Assembly: GCA_976226885.1 (NCBI GenBank)
Contig: OZ320317.1
Coordinates: 24,800,001-24,864,000 of the forward strand
Direction: 5' to 3'
DNA: 64,000 nucleotides
Source of the DNA: Iphione sp. A-MEVVRFRX5
Lineage: Eukaryota
The first letter of the stretch is position 1; every line of letters starts with the position of its first letter. This document shows positions 27,937 to 40,595 of this stretch, one piece after another. Both the position numbers and the translations under genes were made by a program. The notes beneath the pieces were generated by a model that was not told the origin of the DNA, ran no database searches, and saw only the letters and a program-made list of their open reading frames with translations.

Positions 27937-30900
27937 TCAAGATTTCTGATCCAAAAGCCCTTTTATGTCTTGGTAGAGGTCGGTACTGATTACTCTGGCT
28001 AAGGTTAAGAAACTTTGCAGAACCTCGGGGTCAATGTTGTACGGTCTTCGTTCACTGCAGCTGGCACCCCTGCTGCTTTCTCCATTGCAATTCAAAACAT
28101 TCCCCGGCAGTGTCTTCGTGCTTTTTTTATCTCCTGCTGCCCCAGCAGGGGTTATGGCCACGTAACTGCCACTTGGTTTGGAACATGAAAGGTCCATGGG
28201 ACTTTCTTGGTCAGACTTGCTGATTTTCTCACTTCTGATAAAGGAGGCCGTATACATCTGTACTGCACTTGCTTCTTTCAAGCCGCTTGTGTCACTGCTG
28301 CTCACTCGGTTACAGGAGCCTGCGTTCTCTGTTACATCTTCGCTGCTACTGCCATCATTACTGTCGACTGAACTGTGACTGTCCATACTGTCGTGGCTGT
28401 CTGCATCCTTGGTGTCAGCATCCACTGTCCGTGGTATGATGGTAGCCCGTATGTCAGCCTCCGGTTTCTGAAAAATGAATTCACTTCGTTGGTCACTCCA
28501 TTGTTAGAATATTTCTTTCCATACTTCATGAACACTGATTAGGAGTTAGCAGTGGTAAGATACGGAACAAAGAAATCAGTCTTCCAAAGAATTTTACATT
28601 CCCCTTAAACTTTGCTATGGAAGTAGTGTTGCCTATTAGCTTCAAGTGGTTACAATGGAGAGGTGGTAATTATGACCCTTCCCCCCATCATCACCCCCAC
28701 CACTCCCTCAAGCACTTTTGTACTGTGAACTTCCATCCGAGGGGTAGAAAATCAAACATCGCTCACGACCTTTCCTCACAGATAAGTTTCATGAGAACCA
28801 AATGTTTGTGACCCGTCAACGAATAGAAATCTAGCATAATCTCGCTAATCTGTGCTGCCCAGTCTGTTTATAGATTTGCCATCAATCACACTAGATGATT
28901 CTCGTCATGCATGGTAAACTTTGGATGAAATATGCATTATGGCCGACTTGACAGGCCTGAGAAACAAACCTTAGTCATGTTTTCAAGTGCTGCCTTTCGG
29001 TTGCGTTCTGCCTTAACATGCTTGGCAACATCTGGAACAGGAACGAACCATTAAAACATTGGTTACGAGTTTTCTGATTTATTAGACAAATTAATGTTAA
29101 AAAATGACGGAAAATATTTTCATACAGTCGGATCTTGTTATCTACAGAGGTTCTGAAACATTCACTAAACAGATTCACTTATATTACAGGGTCTCTTCTC
29201 TGTGTATTTTTAGTATAAGCTTATTTAGGAATCTGGAGAATTCAGTTCCTGGAGGATATAGAATGTACATGACATGATCGGTAAAAATAACTTCCTCCCA
29301 ATATATATGAGGACTGGTAGTTCTTATATATATTTTCTTCTCATTTCATCAATATTCTTCTCACAAATGTGTACTCGCTACATTCGTATTTAATGAAATT
29401 CAATTTACAGGATGGATATTGGATTGGATGCAGTCCATTTATCCATAAATGATCAAAGTTCTTCACAGGAGTTATGCTAGTACCTTCTTAATCTACAAAA
29501 CGTTCTAAAGGTCACGAGTTCAGAACACTGACATCCAAAAATCCGCATTTGGCAGAACTAGAGAAGCACAGAGTATGTATGTTATTTCGAGCTATACATT
29601 TGGGTTTTTTTTTATATCTGTCGAACAAGGTGGGTGTTGCTGTACAATACCCATGTACAGTTGAGTCTACTCTATTTACGACCACCACTTGGGACCAAGC
29701 CCAAAAGGTCATAATGGCAAATTTGGTTGTAAATAGAGTATCAAATGTATGGAAATTGAGATTTTTGTTCCCAACTAAAGTGGTCTTAAATAGAGAATGG
29801 TTGCAAAATGATGTGGTCGTAAATAGAGACTCCACTGTATATAAATGTCTTAAAAGAAGGATTCCTGTAAAGAGGCGATGGCAGAAAAAGGATTGAGTTC
29901 ATCTTTTTATAACTTGCCTTGATGAAATACTCTCATACACATGTATAGATGTAAAATTATACACACCTTTTCCATTAGTTTTAAACATATAAACTTTATA
30001 GGGATTATCACCCTCCAGATCTGAAAGATCCTTCAGTTCTGTGATGTCAGGGGACTTGTTGAAGGCACACCGAAGACGCACTTTCCACTTCGCCCATTCT
30101 GTCTTATCCAGACCCTGGCGATACTTCCCTGTATGTTGGGCCCACTCCTGTGAAAATGGAAAGAAAACTTACTGCAATGAATATCAATATAGGGTAAAAA
30201 AATGCAATACAGATAATGATCACTTTAACATGGACGGGAAATAAATCCTGACAGAACAAAGCCCTACATTTCTGTGTGCATGCATACAGGCAAAGTTTCC
30301 TATCTCAATGATCTGCTTAACACAACTGTCCAAGGAAAATGAGAAAATTCAGATGGTCACATTTGTATTCTCTGGTTCAAGGAATTAACTTATCACAAAG
30401 CAGCTTCAGTTGTGTTTGCACAACTGACCAGAGCAGACCTGTTTTAACAGTTCTATTCCAGCAGGCTAAACCTGGTCAACCAGATACCCAGACAAGTGAA
30501 CTCGAATTCCAAGTTGAAAAATACAGGGAAAGCTGAGCATTTTAAATTTTCAGCTAAGCTATTTCCGTTGACCTATGCACAACTGGTATCACAAGCCAAG
30601 CAAGGCCAGTGCTGAAACCTCCAGCCTCTAAGCAATCACTTCACACCTCCAGCCTCAGGTAGCAAATTTGCCTTTATGACCAACTTAACAGCTTGACCCA
30701 GATAATTTTTACCCACAGCTTCACAGAAATGTATTCTCTTAGTTGTTTTCTTTCTCCTCGCCTCTTTTCTTACTATTTTTTCACCCCAACAGGAAAGAAA
30801 ACCTGTCTTTTACAATCCTATCTACACAGTCCACCCTGACCCATGAGGCAGTAAGGTTTGTTTTAAAGAGACAAACATTTATCATAGTTTTTCATTTTGT

Positions 30901-33900
30901 AACACCCAAAAGCCAATCCATGCCAACATGACCTAGCCTAACAGCAAAGTCTCAGCTTAATCAACTGATAATGAAGTATAACTGATCATGTCCTGATGAA
31001 GGCTTAATTAAGGGACCAAACCGTTGAGACATGTATCTTATGACACCACTAATAAACACTAATTCACCATCATGGGGGTCACCTGGTTTTGTTTGTCCTA
31101 CAATTAGGACTCTGATACAACTTATTTTGTTTCACTAAAATCTATATTTTCAGCCCCCCACCCTTCAATTAGGCCCAAATTTGCACATCTTAGAGAGGAT
31201 TTATTTGTTCTAAAGAGATAAACACTCCCCCCCCCCAAATGCCCTCCTTTTCTGCTTTACTGCCAGTACAGACTGACCTATGAACACCGATTTGATCCAT
31301 ACTCCCCACTAAACAGGACCAACCGACAGATACACCCTTCATCCCCTCCGAACTTAACAGAGAAGCAAAGACACAACCTCAGGAGACAATGACATCATCT
31401 ACTCCATGTTGCAAGAATCACCAAAATGATTCCATAAACCCATACGTGTATATAAATATATCCCTTAATAAAACTCTTCTGCAATCGGGTCATTCTTTAT
31501 TAAGGTAAGTCCTACAAGTGAAGGTACTGGAGACCTTCCATTTTACTGTGTATGAACACTCATGTCATACTACTGGTAGTGCTGCATGAGTGAGTGCACT
31601 GTTCTCGACTCCCTGACCACAGCAAAAGGGAAACTTAAGACTCCACAAAAATCCATGGCATGAATTACATATGTAAACAAATGTACACCAACATATACAG
31701 TTTTATAGATTTTGGCAAAACAAAGAAATGAAAACAGAGCACTGTTTAGAATTTGTAGTAGTTCCTAATAAAAGAGAATAAATGTAGTCATGTAGAGTCA
31801 GCCCCACTAAGCCAAGAAAATGGATTGTTTCATTAGAAAGAGTGCATGTGAGAGAGAGTTCAGCTATCATAAACATTAAATACAGTAAAAACCTTCATAT
31901 TTCCCCCAAGGTGTGCGGTTCTGCAGGGAATCCACAAGTGTGAATTTGAGGGGGTTCACTGTATTTTACCTGTCACTAACCTAGTTTCACTCAAGATTGG
32001 ACAAGAACGGACTCACTGCCAACTGGGGTGGGAGTGGGGGGTTCTGTACTAACCATAAATATCTGTGAATGTTGTGGAGACCAGTCCTGCTTTCCACCAT
32101 GCTTCCATGGAATGCGAAAGATGGATTTCTCTTTGTTCATCCATTGAAGTCCTGGGATATCACCACTGTCAATCTTGGATATCAGCCATGGCCTCAAACG
32201 CCTGCGATTCTCACCTCCTGGCTGAACACGTGTTGTCTAGGAAGAAAGACAGGTAACAGAAACAGTACTATTATAAGTTTAGGACAAAAATCTCTTTCCC
32301 TTTCTATACTTAAGTCCCATGATTTCACAACTGTCAATCTTGGAGATCGGGCACAGCTTCAGATGCCAGTAAATCTCACCTCCTGACTGAAATGAATTCT
32401 ATGGATAAAGGTTAACAAGAACTTTGGTCTGAGTTTTATGTGTATCAAAGTGCTTTTCTTTTGCCTCTCAACTTCAGCTCCAGTATGTCAATACTATCGA
32501 TCTCGGAGATGAGCCATAACTTCAAACATCTACTCATTTCCAGACCAAACACAGATTGTTAAGATTAAGAGTGCCAGGTAGGCTACAGCCATTGTCATAA
32601 TAATTTAAAAATTTGTTGTTTATCTATTTAAGTCCAAGGATGTCAACACTGTCACTGTGGAGATCATCCATTGCTTCAAGCATCTGTGATTCATACCATC
32701 TGACTGAACACCAGTGGTTCATGGAACAACACAGAGGTAACATAAACATGAATATAGCTTTGATTTATAACATGCATAGAGCAAAAGTGTATCTGTACAA
32801 TGCTTATAGACTATCATGGAATTTTTTTGAGATTGTATTGTTTACTCAGGTTAAAAGGAGTGACTGGGGCTATTATCTGACCAAGCCAGCATAAAGGGGA
32901 TTACTTTTCTCCTGGCTGTCTAAATTCTTTTTCTGGTGTTTTGAGGATTTTCACAAATTCTAAGTTTTTTTCCCTTTAGGGATTTTTAGGGGACGATCTT
33001 CTACTTTTCTTGTGCTGTGATTATCCTGTGTACAACAATAAAATAATGCTATGAAGTCAACCCCAAAATTTACTTACAAAGATCCAAATAAAAAATGCAC
33101 CTATGGACATAGCTTATTTGAAAGTATTGCTTATTTAAGATTATCAAATTCTGAACTTCAAATTGTTTTTAAATGTTGAACTTCGAGCACTTCCCAGTGC
33201 CTAGCCTCCCACATGAATACAGATGCTCTAAACAAACAATATATGCTCTAAACAAACAATGTATGTTTCTCTCTCTATATATATAAATATAGTTTCGCAC
33301 ACCAGTGCAGTCAATTATTCCCAACTTACAGACTCTGGTGTTGACAGTGTGAAGGTTTGTGTGACTGATGGTTCTGGCTGTCTCTCCTCTGGAGGAGATG
33401 AATCACTGGAGGTGTCCGGCTCCTCCTTCACACACGGCAGGTTATCTAAGCTCACTGTGATGGGGATGGCGAGAGGTGCCTTGTTGAGCTGGGGAGTCTG
33501 AATTGTCTTGGTGACCGGAGCTACTGTTTGGGTGAGGAGGGACTGGACACTGGTGCCAGTCTTGTTTGATTTTAATGATACCGGCACGAGGCAGATGTCT
33601 GTACGAGGTGAGCCCGTAGCCTTAATGTTCTTCTCCAAGGAGGCAGGTTTTTCCTCCAGGGCAACTACTGATACCTTTTTCTCCATCTTAGAGTCTTTTG
33701 GTATACTTTTAATGACGTAAACCACATCTTGGACAGGCACCTGCATGGCCAGCCTATCTGACATGGTGGAGCCTGGTTTAGAGTCTTGTGAAGAATCACA
33801 AGCAAGTGTATAACTCACTGAGGAGGGCATAATCTTGACCCTTTTCAGAGCAGGAGGGGAGTCCCCCTCTGAAATTTTCTTCACAGCCTTCACTTCCATG

Positions 33901-33938
33901 CTTCCCAGCACTTTGGAGTCACTGCTCGATCTAATCAT
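27937..33938 (-). CDS. IRF: Interferon regulatory factor B: N-terminal extension + IRF DBD + low-complexity C-terminus without IAD, ~521 aa, 5 coding exons
   Basis: Exons on minus: 33938-33330 (ATG, 203 codons, donor gtaagt), 32236-32054 (RRRLRPWLISKIDSGDIPGLQWMNKEKSIFRIPWKHGGKQDW), 30147-29967 (EWAQHTGKYRQGLDKTEWAKWKVRLRCAFNKSPDITEL...PYKVYMF), 29031-28970, 28467-27937 (TGA). Phases 0/0/1/0 chain; the 181-nt and 62-nt exons match IRF-A exon sizes and phases exactly. Confidence 0.88.
29658..29837. mobile_element. Tc1/mariner (pogo/Tigger-like) MITE
   Basis: TIRs cagttgagtct(a)ctctatttacgaccac / cagtggagtctctatttacgaccac, flanked by TA on both sides. Confidence 0.75.
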
Positions 33939-36262
33939 GATGAAGAAGGTGAAGACAGTGCAAAAACACTTGACACAGCCAAGGAGCCTTGACTGGTTTT
34001 GTCATACCGAGGCAACAAGGCCTCCAGGTCACGTGGCAGACCTAGAAATGATCTTGTGGAGTGGCTTTATCCTAGACTGTAAATGTCAACTGGGACAGGA
34101 TGTGGATACCTTCAGTTATACCGTCCTGAATTTTCCCACAAGTCACACAGAAATACTTGAATGACCTGCAATTTAAAAAAAAAGAATAACCGTTAAATAT
34201 TACTTATTAAACAAAACTGCAGAGTGGGTGCTGGGTATTATTTCACACAAGGTTGTCAATGGACTGTGACTGTCTTTTCCCCAAAAGATACCTCACATCC
34301 GGACACACATACAACCTTTCTTAGATTACTAGTGGGGTAGGGAACCAATTATTCCAAATCTACTGACATCCCTATTAGAATCAAGTCAATCTAGGAAGAG
34401 GAGAGGTTACTGAACCATTTTAGGGCAACATGCTCCTTGGAAATTTCCTGATGGGAGTACCCGCAGTAGTCAAGAATGAAGAGGTCAAAAGTACCTCAAA
34501 GATAAGTGATTGACAGGACAGAAATATCACCCAACAGTAAATCAAGTAAAGTGTAAATCAACAATGGTCAAGTGCGGGAACAACTTATTCATATGATTAT
34601 GTTATCCAAGTGACCAAGTTGCAAAAGGTTCATTTATGTGGCCTTTACCAAGACTGTCATCAAATATATACAGTGAAACCTTGCTTCTCCAACACCATGT
34701 TATTCCACAGAAATTTAATAGGAATAGAAGGAATATTCTTAATATAAAAAAAATTAATAAAACACCTTGTCATTGCAGGCATAGTCATTTGGTGCCTACC
34801 AAAGTTGCAATGGAAGAGGGATACTGTATTTTATTGCTGAAGATCTACTGATGTTTTTCTGAGCTCTCAGTCTCCCCACTGCAGTATGAGGATTTTGAGG
34901 AACTGGTACATGCATATGAGAGGTATGTGTAACATTAAGAGGTGTCCTTGCTGGCACATACTTCTCATAAGAAGTTATTTGTAAATTGGTTGATAGCCTA
35001 AAATAGTGTGATATAGATAATGCATGAATGACGTGACAGTGTTGAAATTTGAAAAAAAAAAAAAAAGGTATAGGCTAGATTGTGTTCTGCAAACTCTAAT
35101 GAGACCTAATAAAACATGTGTTTCTGGTATTCTGGCCAACCCTGATTTTCTACCTCTTGGGACTCTTTTTATTCTTTTGCAAATATCTGGGGAATGAATA
35201 CAGCTACAGATTCATACAGTACATGATTTTGTTCCTTAGGTCATTGTCTTTCCTGTACCATTTATCTAACACTGACTTAACCCATATTTTTTGACAGACC
35301 TTTTTTCTTGGGGAGCACCTGACATAGCTTGAAGATTGACATTAATTCCAGTCCAGTAGTATAATTTCTTTACAATATGAATGTTAAGTATTCCAAGGAA
35401 TAAGTTGTTGTGCCCTTGGCCTTGTATTAACCACATGGAGAGGTTGTTGTCAGTTGTCAGTGTTGCAGTCGGGGGTAGATAGACAAATATATGTGCTGTG
35501 AATAACTGTATATATGCACAGAATATAGTAGAGTCAATTGAGGTTTTGCTGGACACTACTACAACATAGTGCTTTTTTTATATTTTGAGTGGACAAAAGG
35601 CCACTGTGATTTCAGAAATAACAAATATTATGATGCGATGCAGTGTTCGATGAAACCTCAATAAACCCTTCACCATGCTGTCGCAAATATCCATTAAGAT
35701 TTTTCATAATAGGAACATATCCTGCCATGATACTTAATTCAAAGTGTCCTGAAATGCATGTTCAGTGTTCTAAAGTCTATTTTGACATCCTTTTTCGCGC
35801 ATAAAACATCTCGTATCAGGATAGCTAACAAATCTGTGACGGGTCGATTGACTTCTATGCTTATTACTATCAATAGGAATTTTGTAAACATGTTCAAAAA
35901 CAAGTTTGGTCCCGTACCTAAGTGATTATTATATATTTGCCAATAATCTGTGTCGAAAAATGCTCGCTTAGTACAGACCGCACGCACAGAACACTCGTGA
36001 TAGATTTATTTACCTGTTAATCTATTAATTCTGGCCCTATACTATCACAAGATCATCTCGGTATGCTAGCACACTTACAAGCACAACACCAACAGCCACT
36101 TAAGTGGATGTATTGTAAAATCCATAGAGGATGAATCTTCCCATTTGTTATATTCTAATAATTCCAGAAGTAATTCATGAAGTTTACTTACACAGTGTTC
36201 AACGCTTCAAAAAAGATTGCTTGGTGTATTATTGAAATGTTTCCTTGACGGCTGTTCAAAAA

Positions 36263-36879
36263 GAAAACTGAAAGACGAACAGAACTGCCAAGAGTTTTCC
36301 CAAGGAAAATGGGGTTTGAAACTGAAACCGCACGGTGCCACTAACGAAATTCCCAGTGGATACTCTATATAAGATGCACATACCATGAAAATGAATTAAT
36401 CCATGTCTTATGTCTGGTCCCTTCACGCAGAAAACCTCCAAAGAACTACTGTTCAAGCGTCTCTCCACTAACAGCGTGTTTGAAGTCAGGACTGATATGG
36501 ATCAGGAAGATTCCGACTCCGAAAACGAAAGTGAAACTAACTGGATATGACTTCGGCACACACCTTGATCAGTACGGAATTATTCTACCTTACATGCGCA
36601 GATAATACGTCTTTACTTGTTTCACGACGTGTTCATATAAAACGTGAACATTTGTTCCGCAACCTTTTTTTTCCCGGTCAGTTAGCATTGTTGGCGCCGG
36701 TGGTGTCAGGTCGATCAGGTGGTAATTTTGTGTAAAATTGAAAAAAAAAACACGGATCATTGAATCTAGGATGGTCGCATATCGCAGAAATTTCTGTAAA
36801 AATTAGCAGAACAATCGCGAGAAACAGTACGATATGTTGTATGAGTGCGACCGATACACAAGATGGTTGGAAAATTCCC
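36263..36879. promoter_or_regulatory. Cluster of ISRE/IRF-E and kB-like motifs in the putative first intron of IRF-B
   Basis: GAAAACTGAAAG 36263-36274, GAAACTGAAACC 36318-36329, GAAAACGAAAGTGAAACT 36521-36538; kB-like CGAAATTCCC 36345-36354 and GGAAAATTCCC 36869-36879. Confidence 0.55.
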
Positions 36880-37170
36880 ATTGTCACTATGGCCTCCTCG
36901 AGCGATTGGGGTTTCGAACCCAGCCCAGCGGCGGTGATATGTTTTTACACATCAAACATACTTGTCTTCTAAAATGTAAATAAAATTCGAATTTACCTGC
37001 CCCGTCTAACTTGTATTTAAAGTACTTTATGGGCCAAAAGTATTGAAAAACTTGCATGTCCACTCATCCGACCGACCGTACTTCGTAAACTTTAATAACA
37101 AGATTTTAGTTCGGAAGGTACCCGATGACCTAGAAGGCCCTAACAACCACATCGTACCATTTATACTCAC

Positions 37171-37700
37171 CACAAAACAACTTTCCAGTGAGAAGTAGAC
37201 TCCATTTACTGTATAAATATCCAGGAAATCCGATGAGGAGTACGAATTTAGGTGGACTACATAACATCGGAACCTTCGGAGCCTTATTTTCCTTCCTCTA
37301 TCATCGCTCACGACAGATGGCAGAAGGAACTGATTGGCGCAGTGGCTTAGTACCTCTCACTTCCGGGTGTTGGCGCAAGCGGTCGACGAGAGCTATGCGT
37401 ACTAAACAGGAAAAAAATAAATATAAAAGACCATACAAAACAGGAATAAAGTGACGGTGACACACGCGCGATGATCTCATTTGTAAGACGATGTAAGATT
37501 GTCGTTTAATGAATATGCACATGTTTGTAACGAGTTGAGACCCTGTCAACTAGGTAGCCGCACCGGTACGGCGGTGGTTAAATCGTCGACGAGAAAATAA
37601 ATCCAGGTAGCCTATACTGTTCCCTTGACAACACTGATTTGTCCACCTGCGTTCAACCTTCACTCCGTCATAGGGGATCGGTCCTGAAATGCTGCCTTTC
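37171..37700 (-). promoter_or_regulatory. CpG-rich putative promoter / non-coding first exon of IRF-B (possibly bidirectional)
   Basis: Local CpG enrichment, ETS/GABP-type CCGGAAGTG (plus cacttccgg 37358-37366), CCAAT box near 37333, strong minus-strand donor GTGAGT at 37170; an acceptor at 34166-34167 opens the ATG-containing exon. Confidence 0.45.
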
Positions 37701-37868
37701 CCCGCGTCATGGCTGGGTATTTTCTTTGATCTCGTGTAAAGTTTGTTAGTTTCATTATAGGGGGAGCCACTGTCTCAGATTTTCCCGCATATGTGCCAGA
37801 CCTGTCCCGGTTCGAGGGGTCACAACATGTGACATCCGTGGATACCTAGTATATGCATATATACACTA

Positions 37869-38043
37869 CAGGCCCGTAACCAAGGGGGTATCGTCCGATA
37901 CCCCCTACAAAGATTTCTACATACAGACTTGCATTAGAGATGAACACTGGGAGTTCCACCCCTGGGGTACTGGGGGTATTGTCTGATACCGGTACCCCCC
38001 CCCCCCCCACACACACACACAAAACTTCCTGGATACAGGCCTG
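37869..38043. mobile_element. Non-autonomous DNA transposon (CAGGCC termini, 5-bp TSD)
   Basis: TIR CAGGCCCGTAACCAAG / CAGGCCTGTATCCAGG; TSD CACTA on both sides. Confidence 0.75.
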
Positions 38044-40595
38044 CACTAGATATGGACAAGTCCAAACTGACGCCTGTTGTGAGCACATATGTCAGAAGTT
38101 ACCCTCTGGTTGGTAGCATTTAGAGGATACAGCCATGCAGTAGTGGTCCATGCATGGGAACTAGTTTTGATCATTGTGCGGTCCTGGTCCCTGCACTCTT
38201 AAATGTGTGAATGGAGGATGTAGGTTTGTTCTAGAGCATCCAAAATACATGTACACCCTTTTCACTGAGTTTTAGCTGAAAAAAGTAAGTGCTTAAAACA
38301 ATATGGAAATTACAAAAAACACCCATTTTTAAAAGAAAAAGAAATCCATTTGTCCACCCTCGTTTGCAGGCATGTTTTCTATCTTCATTCCCTCTTGCTG
38401 GCTTTCTTTGTGATAAAATGACCCACTAGCATCCAATTTGATGAGTAAAAACATCATTAGCAGGGAAGCTGATGATAAAACACGACTAAGTTAATGGTGA
38501 ATTTGACAGATGAGACAGGAGGGTGANNNNNNNNNNNNNNNNNNNNNNNNNNNNNNNNNNNNNNNNNNNNNNNNNNNNNNNNNNNNNNNNNNNNNNNNNN
38601 NNNNNNNNNNNNNNNNNNNNNNNNNNNNNNNNNNNNNNNNNNNNNNNNNNNNNNNAGAGGAAGGGAGGGAGAGACAGACAATGACGAAGGTCAGTGTCGC
38701 TTTGTTTGCGGTCCATCTATGCATGGCTAGTTGTGGGGGAGGGCGCAACCTATCTTGTTGCTGAATAATTCCTCTCTTCATTCATAGGTGGCAGCACCTG
38801 TTTGGACGGAAATTTCCCACACCACGCCTCCGGGTCCTCCTGGGCAAGTGCCTGCACTTTTCCACAAGGGCGGGGGTGGGGGGGGGGGGGTTGGCATCTC
38901 CAATAATGCTTCACCAAGAATTGAGAGTACCCATTAACGGTTAAAGAACGAGCAAATAATGATTGACCAAGAACTTATTCTTTGATAGCGTTTCACCAGT
39001 AATTGCTTCAAAGCACTTCCTGCTCATTTGGCAGGGCAAATAACGCTTCGGGGTAAATGAATGAAACCAATAACGCTTTAACAGGTTAGTTGACATCCCC
39101 CCCCCCCCCCCCCCTGTTTTTCCGCGCTGCAGGATTTGACAACCATTTCATCACTTTCCTCGATCTTAGGGTCACCCGGACTAGAGACAGCACGTTTTTG
39201 CTTCCTCCAATGTGGGGACATTCCAACTTGCGTTCACTGGGCCTTGACCACAATACTAAAACCCCGCAGTGGGTATCTTGTACTTCGTCGTTATCACTGG
39301 AACTGTCATCCCCAGATGTGAATGCCCACTTCAGTAGATTTTTGCCATCTCCAATACAGTATACTGTGTGCAACTATTTCAGTATTGTCCATGGTCCAAC
39401 CCACCAATTTTCCAGTTTGTGATTTCTACCAGGCTTCTCAAGTGGCTGAAATAGCCACACTCTTTTTCCTACGTCTGACACTTAGTCGTCCAGGGGAATT
39501 CAGCCCATTCATCGGTCAATTCAATTAGAGACAAAGCTTTTTCAGCAAATGACGGTACAAAGCTCCTATCATGGTATTTTATTAACGTATCTGGTTACCA
39601 GCCAGTCTTTCACTGCAGTCATCTTGTTAGAGCCAGTGTCCGCTCCTTTGGTAACTTAAATTTTGAGACCTGCCTCTTGGGACCAGTCGAATACGACAGC
39701 CAACAGACAGGTAGATCCTACCAGGCCACGGAGAACCGCTTCCATAAGGCATTTAAAGGGCATTATGTGCTATCCCCATGTATGCAGGCTACCTAGACCT
39801 GAACCTGGGGGCATGGACAGCGGGAAGACTGCTCTAGGGAATTTGAATAGAACTTTCCCCATAACGTGGGCTACCTGAACCTGGATCTAGTGACGTGCTT
39901 CCCAATCAGACCCTGCCACATGTTGCAGGCTGGGAATCCCATATGTACAAGTTAACACGTTAAATCTTAAAAATTAATTTCCTAATTTACATCTCATTTT
40001 CATAAAGACACAAAATTCCCACTGCTATGCCTCAGCCTTAAAAAGTTGCAAAATTTCCACCAATATGCCCCACTTTATTATTTTCACTTTATTTATACTG
40101 GCGAAATCATACAATGTAGTGCAATTGCAGCCAGATTTACGTTCAGATAATTGTATCACAACATTTTATAGATAGAACAAGGTTAGTAGTTTAGAGTATA
40201 CGGTAGTAATAATAACCATTAAAGATAGAAAGAGTTCCGGTTTTTCGTTCATACCTATTTCCCACTTTGACCATATTTCTAAACATAGTTAGGGAGCGTG
40301 AATATAACACCGGACAACATCCTGTCCTTCCGTATTGGACCAAGTCCTTCTCACAGAGATCAATCAGGCCATCTCCAAATTCGTTATTCTCTTTCTTATT
40401 AATAGGGACCAAGTCCTTGCATAGTTAGTGAATAATGAAAATGATAGTAGGACCATGTCCATCCTGGGTTGCTATTTTAATTCACCAAGTCATACCTAAC
40501 GTGCAATTTAAACTTAGATCTGCTTACAATATTTATACAGGAACCACGTCCTTACCATTCTTCCATTGCTGGCATAAGTTAACGTTAGATAGTAT

